Part shown: positions 27,129-36,306 of the stretch, piece by piece
Layout of the letters: each line of letters begins with the position of its first letter
Position numbering within the stretch: position 1 is the stretch's first letter
Source: Intoshia linei
Taxonomy: Eukaryota > Animalia > Orthonectida
Assembly (NCBI GenBank): GCA_001642005.1
Contig: LWCA01000261.1
Coordinates: 1-36,306, forward strand
DNA length: 36,306 bases
Direction of reading: 5' to 3'
Notes under the pieces: generated by a model
What the model was told of the DNA's origin: nothing
Database searches by the model: none
The model's input: the letters and a program-made list of their open reading frames with translations, nothing else
Position numbers and translations under genes: made by a program

Positions 27129-28344
27129 TTCTTTTTCTATAATCAGTTGTTTGTCAAATTCAGAATTAGAAATTTTGTCAGAGGCCTTCTTTTCAGTCAT
27201 TAATGCTAAAATATCTTTTACTTCAGAAATCTAAATACAGCGGAGATTATTTATAGTGATTCAATTTTAAGTACACAACAAATCAATTGCACTATTCTTA
27301 CTTATTAATATTAATATATAAAGTTACTAGGTTGACTGTTTTGTACTTGGTACAAAAAGCATTTTAGTACAAACTATGTAATTAAAATTTCTGGAACTGT
27401 CAGTTTTCTAAATAGTTACTCCAAATGAATATACAAGCACACATTGTGACAAACTCTTACTTCATATAAATAAGGATTACCTGTTTTTCTGAAGAAACTT
27501 TTTCTTTTGAATTTTTTACAAAATTATACCAATTGATGAGACCACTAATAAAAAAAATACTTCTGGTTTTATCTAAATATTTATTATAACGTCAATAATC
27601 ATGAGCATAAGAAAATGCAGTCCGCGTAACATCAGTGATACTTATTAGTTTGTATATCAAGGAACCCTTTCTATTGTTTCATAAAAGTAGACTACCATAC
27701 GCAGAGCCGTGGAGAACCAACAATGGGACGAGCCAGATGAAAACACATTTATAAAATATCAGTGTTCTGAAAACAGACAATGAGTAGCATTGATATACAA
27801 AGAATGCAAAAATATAATATAAATACTAGGTTGTAGAATGTCTCTAAGTCCAATATGAATTGGAGTGCCAGTATATAAGCAAAATTTATTAAAAAAGTAG
27901 TTTCTGTATAAAAATAAATAAATGTACAATGAAATATACATCAGCGTTTTCTAATATTTAAATACTTTATACCAACTTGGAACGTGTTGCAGACGTCTAT
28001 TATGCAATAACATTTGGAAAACGCTGATGTATACAATATATTACAATCGTTTTTGAACAGTTTGGATGTGTTCAAAGGATTCAATCTAAAAAATATAATT
28101 AATAATAATGCTTATTAATGATTACATCGTCGAATTCAATAAAGACATTGAACAATTTACAGATATCGGTATATAAAGTGCTCCACTTTTTTTTCTACAA
28201 AGTATTTCATTTTAAATGGTAAAAATTTACTGTGCCATTAGTAAAGTCTGTTTTAACGAATTTGATATTAAAATGAACATTAATAAAATCACATAATTCT
28301 TTAATAGGTAGTAATGGGAAAGAAAGTAATTTCTTCTTTGCCAT
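27129..28344 (-). CDS. NUF2: Kinetochore protein NUF2 (CH domain and start of the coiled coil; 3' part missing)
   Basis: ATG 28344. Spliced exons read MAKKKLLSFPLLPIKELCDFI...KWSTLYTDICKLF...IGLRDILQPNKTRSIFFISGLINWYNFVK, matching the NUF2 motifs SFPxL and DLLxPxxKRT..xLSxxINF. Confidence 0.75.
27937..28031. mobile_element. Tc1/mariner-type MITE in a NUF2 intron
   Basis: TA|TACATCAGCGTTTTCTAAT ... ATTTGGAAAACGCTGATGTA|TA: ~19-bp TIRs with TA flanks. Confidence 0.6.
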
Positions 28345-28588
28345 TTTCGTTGATTTGTAGGTATAGAATTGTAATTTACATTTATTATAAATTGACTTTT
28401 TTATGCTAATGAATTTATCGTTATAACATGGTTACTTATGTAATTTATTTACTTATGTACTAAATTAAATTAAATTTGATTAAAATTTGTAAACGATTTA
28501 CCGTAAACCTGCGACGAGTATTATTATGATAAATTTTGTCAAACTTTGCAGAACAAATAAAATACTAATTTTATTATATTTATTTACA

Positions 28589-31500
28589 TTACAATTGAAC
28601 AACATGTGTCAAACTATATAAATCAATAGGACTGCTGGTGTCAATCTAAAAATATAAATTAGTACAGAGATGAAATGTATAATATAATATTATGAAACCT
28701 AACCATGGACCCACCAGAAATGTTTAATTTTAAAATTTATTTAAAAAATCTTTGAGAACCGCTAGTCTACTTTATAAAAAATGTACCTTAATATTTCTAT
28801 TATTCACACTCCTTCTGTATGTCAAAATTGCAAAAGAAACTAACCCAGCACCACCACTTACAATTAAAAGATATGCAATGTATTCTAGGTAAGAAACTAT
28901 GAACACAATTTGAGCCACCATAACTGCAGTTTTGGTATCAATGCAATATCTCTAAATTTATTTAATAAACCAATAAATAAATACTATACCTCTTGTAAAC
29001 TATATATTGGAAAAGCATAATCGCTCAATAATGAATGGTTAATTTTTTCATTTCCACTATTTTTATATTAAAAAAAAAACAAAAAAAAATGTACTTGTAA
29101 AGAACATAATGTGTATTTCGTATCATCAGACTAGCTGTAAATTGCTTTTGACTACACAAGACTTTACCGGTGACCTATAAATGAATATATACCACAATTA
29201 CGAGTCAATTACCGGCTCCAATTTTAACCACGATTCCGTTTTTTCAAAAGGTTTGATACTAGATTTTCTTAAAAATTTGTCTACTTGAGAATATTGAGGT
29301 ATTGAATATACAAATTCTCCCACTAAATAAATTGTATTATAAAAAATTAATAAAGCAATATTTTAAGGAGATATTATGACTATAGGGAAGTGCTTTCCAA
29401 TAGGTAAGTCGGAGATGAATTCTAGATGTGTCGCCAACATTTGACCACTTTGTATTATCGAAAAATGACAAATTTTTTATTAATACATTTGTAATTATAT
29501 GATGCCATTATTTTTATTCGAAAAAAATCGATTTTATAATCAGATTTTAAAATTATAATTTTTTTCATTATCTTATACTGACGTGTAGCGACTATTTTTT
29601 TAATTGAAATGTATGTAGTCAAGAAACTGATTAGAAAGCACTGATAGGGTCGATAAATCATGTAAATGAAGGAATATTACTTTTACACGGCATTAAATTA
29701 AAATTTCCAGTTTTTGTACAACAAAAATTGACATTTGTTTTATCATTAATGTCTCCATTTAAACAATTTTGTTTACAAAAATCTACATTAATACGATTCT
29801 TTAATGGGTTTTGATAAATATTAGGTGAAATTTTCTAAAAAATAACAATATAATAATAAATTTTTTGTTTTTACGTATTGATAAGTGTGAATTCCTCGAA
29901 CTAAAGCAGTTTCATCAAATTGGACAGAAATGGATCTACACAATTCAGGATCAAAAATGTACAAATCTCTAGTTTTATCAACAAATGGATTCCAACCACT
30001 TCCATCTGTTCCATTCAACATGTTACTGTTTTCGCTATTCCAATAATTCAATTGTCTAAATTAAAATAATAACTTAATTAACAAATAATAGTAATTGTCG
30101 TATAGTAAATATAGTATACTAAGTTGACTGTTATGTACTACGTACAAACAGGACTTAAGCTCTGCCGATGGCACATTTTTATTATACTTAAAAAATAAAT
30201 TCACGTTAAAAATGTTACACAGATGTTAGTATACAACGTTACAATGAACAATAATAATCTCATCAATGCATATAAGCGTAAATTTTCCATTTCACCAATA
30301 ACGAATAGCTGCATGCCAACTCACATTTGCAGTGTATGGTATATGTATATTAATAAGCCAAACACTTTACACTTTGTAAATCTACGAATTTGGTCTTAAC
30401 CTAAAAATCATCAAAATGATTGCTATTTTTGCTCCTTTTTTATTGCATTATTTATGTATGTATACGACGGCGGGTGGTTCGTATGACACGAGTTCGGCAC
30501 GTTCGGTACGCTACTGCTGATCTCCAAGCGAACACGAAGCATGTAAGCACAACATGAAGAATGTGTAAGCAGATTACTAATCTATATGAAGATAGTAGTG
30601 CCGCTTCAGAAGAAACTAAGTTCCTAATAACCCTTGGTAATGTTTTTCCGACGTTTAGGCACAAAGTATTATCTACAGCCCGTTTTCTACATTTAATCGA
30701 GTGTGAAAATAATGGCATGTATGCTCCCATTATATCGATTTTCGAAAATGCAGTTAATGATACACACATCATGGAAAATATAGACACGACATCCATACTC
30801 CAGCAGTATGTGAACACACAACACAGGGTTTAAGTACTCGAGCATGTAGCTTATGCCTTAAACATGCTCACATTCCTAGACCCTATGGATAACAACGAGA
30901 TCGAGTACTTGACTTATATCTATTTACCTGACATACTATGCGGTTCGACGTGCTACGGTGAAGGCACTGACATGACGGAAAAGCTTATGAAAGACCGAAA
31001 ACGTATCGAGTTTAATTTCGCTATTGGATGTGAGAGTGGCTATATTTCACTATGGGAAGATTACAAATCTTGGTTAATTTTTCCAACAGTAATGGAAACA
31101 AAATTAAACACGTATAACATAGAGGTGAAGAGGAAATGTGGGTGTGAAATTTTGTTAGAATTTTCAAAGGTGCGTACAGATAATCCGCAACGTGAAAGCG
31201 GCACCACAAGTCCCCTTTACCATGAAAATAAATACTTAGTTTTGAAAACAGTTTTAACATTCTTTAAAGGTGATTTATGTCTATTATTTGACATAAAAAG
31301 AACCCAAGTTATCAAAACTTGAATAAATATGTGGAGCGTTTTGTTGTATGTCTCGGAATTCTAGATCCGAAATTCAAAGTTATAATAAACAATATAATAT
31401 ATAAATATAATATAATATAAATATATAATAAATAAAAACTCAAAATCAAAAATTTAGCCCATTTTTTTAATTTAAAAAATCATAAACTGCATATTTCAAG

Positions 31501-34500
31501 TTAAAGCAGATGAATATAGCAACCACATAAACTCTTTAGAGAGCGAAACAAATCGAAGATTTATGGATTTTAAGTTGATGGAAAAAGAATTCAATTTATT
31601 ATCTTGCCCATTTTCAGTTGACGTTTCAACCGTTCCAGATAATCTTCAACTTGAGCTGATTGTACTTGGTCGCAATATTTCATTACCATTTATACCTCAA
31701 TCTTTTACAAATCCCAATCAAATACGGAAATATTCAGTACATACTGCTAAAAATCATAGAAAACCATACAACAATCGGTTATTTGCATTCTTAGACTCGT
31801 TACAGATACCAAAAAACTTAAAAAAATTAAAAATTGTGGTTTCGATAACATCGAAAAATCTATTCTTCAATTGCTTCGTATGTGTATAGAAAAGAACATA
31901 CCTGTTTCTGGTCGACAGTTACAAGATCAATAATTATCGTTTGCTAAAAAAACGAAATTCATAACTTTAGGGCATCTTAGGGATGATTTCATAACTTTAA
32001 GTCACGAAATGATGTACTTAATAAAAAATTATGCGGTGAGGCTGCCAGCGTAGATAATACCATATGTGAAAATTGGCGAAAAAACCAACAAAATGTTTTT
32101 AAAAGTTATCGTAATGAAGATATTTTTAATACCGATGAAACGAGTTTATACTATAAAGCAACCCCAAGGCATACGTTAGCTTTCAAAAACGAAAAAATTA
32201 GTGGAATCAATATATTTTAATGTTATTACTAGTCAATCTTTGGAAAAGAAAATAATTATATACTATTGGCATTGGAATACAAAGAGACTAAGTGTTGATG
32301 ATTTTTTAGTTCCTATACGGCTTGTGGTACCAGAAAAATTGGTTGAGAATCTGTATTCTTATGCTTTAACATTACTTAAAGGAAAATTCACTGTTAAGAA
32401 TTTGATGATCGCTGCTGCCACATTTAATAGTAGAGAAATTGTTATTGGTACCGCTGTAAAACAATTAGAAAGAGTACCAGCTGATGAGTTGCAAAAGATA
32501 GTTCATTCTGATTGGATGGCTGTGTATGTCAGTTCTTTTGAATGTTCTAAGACTTTATCGACATTGGTCAAATCAGAAGAAAAATATCGAAATTACTGTG
32601 ATAAAACGATATTCGGGAAATTGTTGGCTACTATTTTTTTCACCAAAATGCTGTGTCAAGAAACATAATACTGTAAATGCAATAGTCGCCGCCCAAATAA
32701 ATGAAAGTTTAGTTGATGAGTGTGGTGCTACTGCTGATATGAAAAATTATGTTTCATCGTGCCTGTCTAAATTCTTATGTAATATAAAAAAATTTGTAAA
32801 TCCCGTAGAGAATATAGCATATCAATGGATAGGTTCTGCCGATTCATCACGATAGAGGAGGAACTGGATATGGTCGCAGCTGAATATGTTGGACCGGACA
32901 AATGTACTGTTAATAGTACATTGATCGATTCATTTCCTCCCGATTATATAAGTAATGTATTGACATATTCTGTTCCTAGCGCAGATGGTGAGATAAGAAA
33001 ACACCCATTTTCCGATGACGCAGCGCCAATTTGATTGGAACAGAAAAATTACCACTTTTAATGATTGGAAAATCAAAAAATCCAAGGTGCTTTGCTGAAT
33101 TCGACAAAAATAATTTGCCAATATTGTATAAAAATTATAAAAAAGATTGGATGACTGCGATCTTATTTGAAGAGTGGCTGCACATAATTGATAAAAAATT
33201 TCATAAAGAAAACCGCCAAATACTGTTAGTAATTGACAAATGTACGGGCCATTGTAAAACTTTAATAGAACCACTAGACTCAATAACACTTTTATTTCTT
33301 CCACCTAATACAACTTGTGCTTTACAGCCCATGAATATGGGGATTATCAAAAATATATAACATTCAAGCTAGTTTATATTATATTACAAATTATATAGCA
33401 CCTTGAATAATTATAGGAAACCAAATCCCCGATTGCCGTTCCTTTTTTACCACTCCATACTTCATATCTTTCAGATATTGAATTATTTCGTAAATTTTTC
33501 TAAAAATATTATATATAGAGCCATTCATAGAGCATAATGATTAGGTTAATGAAGATTTTTCGGATGCTCTTAAAGAAGTTTTGATCATTGTGTATACTTT
33601 ATCGTTTTATTTAACCCTTAAAATTATATGAAATTTAAACAATTGTTATGTACTGTTGCTTAACGACTTTAGAGCATCCTATTTAAATGGCTCTAATTAT
33701 AAATTAACCCTTTCACTGTCTGTTTATTCTATACCATACACAGCAATTTCAATTCACACGTCTGTGTATTCTATGATATACACAGCATAATTTTGAAAAA
33801 CTTTATTTTTTTATTTTCATACATTTTCACATAGGTAATTTAAAAATAATACAAGTTTAAATTAAAAAAGAAATTTCAGACGTGTGGTGATGCATCATAA
33901 AATAGTATTAGACAGTGTATAGTACAGACAGTACTATACACTACGAAAAAAGTTCTTAGTTCTTACTAGGACCACAATAGTCAAAAACTGACAAAATTTC
34001 TGACTGAAAAGATTTTAACCGTATTACGGCATATCAACCATAAAATGGGCCTTTGAAAAAAAAATACCATTAGTTACATATATTAAATAGAAATTACATC
34101 AATTAATCCATGAACTTCAGGGTACGTCGTATACATTTGTTTATTTAATTTGACCAATGTTTCATCAGAATATCCCCATATATAATCGTGTATGTTAACG
34201 GTTCTGAAAAGGTTCAATTTGAAAGGGTAATCAAACAACATTTCAATTGAAGATCTCGTATGGCGATCAGTACTGTTTGTTATAGATAATATAGCCTATA
34301 TAAAAAATTGTTATGCATGGATAAAAAATTATACCCCGCCAACTAAATTTATCACAGTAACCAAATCATATTGACTAGCATATGACATTTCTTCATTAAA
34401 ATAGTAGGTATATTTTTCGTTGTAACTGACTGTGCCATTACAATTGTAGCTAATATCAACTTTTTCTTTGTGCTTTCTAAAAAAACAGATTTATCCAGTA

Positions 34501-35557
34501 ATAATAAATACTTTAATACCTATAAACAATCGGTCCTATTTCGTCAATAATTGGTTCACTTCCGGTAAAAACATAAGACACATTGGTGACGTTATATATC
34601 CAAAATGATATAAAAGATTCCATAGGCTTACTCCACAAATCATTGCTTAAATTTTCAGTGATGACAAAACGCTACATTTTAAAATAATAAAGTCTCATCT
34701 TATCACACAGCATTCATAAACCAACATTGTTTTAAAAAATTGAAAATATACAATAAAACTTTAATTGAAACTAAGTTTGATTTAATAACTAACGTGACCG
34801 GATTTAATGGGTCTTTCGTATTAGTATAAAATAATTGAGTTGTAATAAAATACTATTTTATAACAATTGAAAATAAATTATCGATACAATTAAAAAATAC
34901 GTAAGTGTGTATTTTTGTCTTGTCTATTTGTACAATAAAAAACCTTTTGCCATCAACGATGTATATTGTTAACGAAACATATATTAAAGAAACAATTGAT
35001 AATACTTATTAAATCATGACGATTTAATTTAAAATGAACTTGATATTTATTAGATCATTGAAAAAACTGGATATTGTTGGCGACGAGTGATCTACAAAGT
35101 ACAATGTACTTCATAACCATAGTGTCCTTTAGTACCGAAACCCTTACAGACAAATTTGTTGTAAAATGGTGGCTTCATTTTTCCAAATTAATTCAAAAGC
35201 ATTAAATAATTATACTCTTGAATATCATAATTATTTTTTGTGTTAAATTTAAAATGTCAAATCAAGAGTCTATAAAAGGTGTTTAGGGACTATGACACTA
35301 TACATAGTTTGTGAAAAATTATATTGAGACTATTTTTCATTTTCGTGACCTCAAGCTTGGTAGGTCGGTTCTGGTATCTTTTTTTGATTAAAGGACAAAT
35401 TGCATATTAAAAATTGATTAAATATTACCTCATCAAATTCTGAAAATTGAATATACATCAATAAAGACATTCCAATTAAAATTAAGAGAAAGAGCGATGA
35501 AATGATGATTAAATTTTTTACATTAAATATCCTTTTTGTATTTTTAACTTTTTTCAT
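28589..35557 (-). CDS. CD36/SCARB (LIMP-2-like) class B scavenger receptor, complete, about 12 exons
   Basis: Exons: 35429-35557 (N-terminal TM), 34520-34671 (FWIYNVTN..EIGPIVYR), 34335-34476 (NGTVSY), 34098-34295 (YIWGYSD), 33402-33499 (RNNSISERYEVWSG), 29875-30055 (LNYWNSE..NGTDG..CRS), 29681-29834, then LEP|VTG, FPI, the C-terminal TM and stop at 28589. Splice phases match, including the phase-2 intron 30056-33401. Confidence 0.9.
30460..31381 (+). pseudogene. Endogenous viral element 1: decayed methyltransferase/guanylyltransferase domain of an alpha-like (virga-like) +ssRNA virus replicase
   Basis: ORFs 30561-30833 and 30864-31322 share one frame broken by stops. Motifs parallel the tobamovirus 126K protein: YD(A)GG (frameshifted) vs YDIGG; HVRYATADLQANTKH vs HCCMPNLDVRDIMRH; LEHVAYAL...YIYLPDIL vs LHSIYDI...FHFSENLL; IEFNFAIGCESGYISLWEDYKSWL vs [29 protein letters not shown]..EFSKV vs YMKEF..KFSRI. 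Intronless and visibly more GC/CpG-rich than its flanks. Confidence 0.75.
31500..31665 (+). pseudogene. hAT transposase C-terminal fragment (GTF2IRD2-like)
   Basis: ADEYSNHINSLESETNRRFMDFKLMEKEFNLLSCPFSVDVSTVPDNLQLELI fits the RFxDF...PFSVDV..P..LQLELI motif. Confidence 0.75.
31810..32205 (+). mobile_element. pogo/Tigger transposase, 5' half (CENP-B HTH and first catalytic Asp)
   Basis: IEKSILQ...KNIPVSGRQLQ, FRAS*G*FHNFKSRN, LCGEAASVD and EDIFNTDETSLYYKATPRHTLAFKNEKISG. Contains stops and frameshifts. Confidence 0.88.
32206..33022 (+). pseudogene. Endogenous viral element 2: C-terminal (Y/iceberg) part of a virga/nege-like virus capping domain, frameshifted
   Basis: KIIIYYWHW...PIRLVVPEKLVENLYSYALTLLKGKFTVKNLMIAAATFNSREIVIG...VYVSSFECSKTL parallels tobamovirus [44 protein letters not shown] and, from recall, negevirus ORF1. 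Three overlapping ORFs are joined by frameshifts at ~32635 and ~32825. Confidence 0.75.
33023..33360 (+). mobile_element. pogo/Tigger transposase, 3' half (DDE_1 domain), truncated
   Basis: ANLIGTEKLPLLMIGKSKNPRCF...KDWMT..LFEEWL...RQILLVIDKC...FLPPNTTCALQPMNMGII; the third catalytic Asp has become Asn. Confidence 0.92.
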
Positions 35558-36306
35558 ATTAAAACTGCAAATTTTAATAATTTAAAATTGATTTGAGAAA
35601 TTAAATTAAAATGAAATGATGGAAATAAAAACAATTTGAAACAATACATTTCAATTATGGTACATTATGTATTGTTTAACTATGGATTTAAATAAACAAT
35701 TAATTGTTTCAACATAATTGTTGATTACTTTGTTGTCAATTGTACAATGTACATTTTATTAGATATCATGTAGATTTATTATGTGCATATGACTGCTAAG
35801 GTTAAACATGTAATTTTTTTGTGTATTTTTGACTATGGACAAGAAATCTTGTCCTTCATAGTGTTTACTTTAATTTTTTTCAAGTTTCCAAAAGCCAAGT
35901 ATATAATGCTAAGTTTCAAACAATGTATTTGTTCTTTAGAATTGTAAATTGGTCACGGTTTATGCAATTATTTTTAATTTTTATCGATATTATACAATAT
36001 TTTTAATAAACAATAATAACATTTAATTTCGCTCAAATGTTGAGAAAATTATTTTTTGACAGTGGATGTCACCTACATGGCCTATGTAAATAAAAGCTTC
36101 AAAATGGAGTTTAATTTAAATTTAAAAAATAGATAATGTAGAAAACATTTCATTCATCACAGCGCTAATATTTTAAATTTGAAATAATTAACGCATAACA
36201 ACAAATACTAATTATTAAAAATAAAAATAATTAAAACCAATTAAATCAAAGAAAAATATAACTCGGTTCGAGATTGCTTGCTATTAAAAGTTATAAAATT
36301 ATGACA

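Noticed and set aside
30452-30817. 121-aa minus-strand ORF over EVE 1 (also 31021-31260 and 32930-33304)
   Set aside because: These are antisense shadows of viral or transposase coding sequence with no motifs of their own.
30555-30833. In-frame stops in EVE 1 as viral read-through signals or an alternative genetic code
   Set aside because: The stops are of different types (TGA, TAA), fall inside the capping domain and come with frameshifts. Host genes use the standard code, so this is neutral decay.
31390-31435. (ATATA)n tract after EVE 1 as a retroposition poly(A) tail
   Set aside because: It is a pentamer microsatellite following an internal viral segment, with no TSD; it cannot be shown to be a tail.
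31563-31889. 108-aa ORF as a real gene
   Set aside because: It is a chance read-through from a hAT fragment into unrelated sequence and out-of-frame Tigger sequence.

Overview
This is very AT-rich eukaryotic (metazoan) DNA with many ~37-45 nt GT-AG introns, a compact-genome style reminiscent of reduced parasitic invertebrates such as orthonectids; the organism is not proven. Host genes reconstructed by hand are RANBP3-like (+), NOL9/Grc3 (+), ATOS/FAM214-like (-), importin-alpha (+), an orphan basic Tyr/Lys/Pro repeat protein (-), UBA3 (-, partial), NUF2 (-, partial) and a complete CD36/SCARB scavenger receptor (-). DNA-transposon debris (hAT, piggyBac-like, Tc1-like, pogo/Tigger, MULE-FLYWCH, Helitron-like) fills the intergenic space and the long introns. 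The highlight is the 3.3-kb intron (30056-33401) of the CD36-family gene. It holds two decayed non-retroviral endogenous viral elements from the capping (methyltransferase/guanylyltransferase) region of alpha-like +ssRNA virus replicases (virga/nege-like). They appear to come from two different viruses, and one splits a Tigger transposase. All viral and transposase fragments lie antisense to the host gene, an arrangement resembling an intronic small-RNA (piRNA-like) antiviral/anti-transposon memory locus. Family assignments come from motif recognition only; no searches were run.
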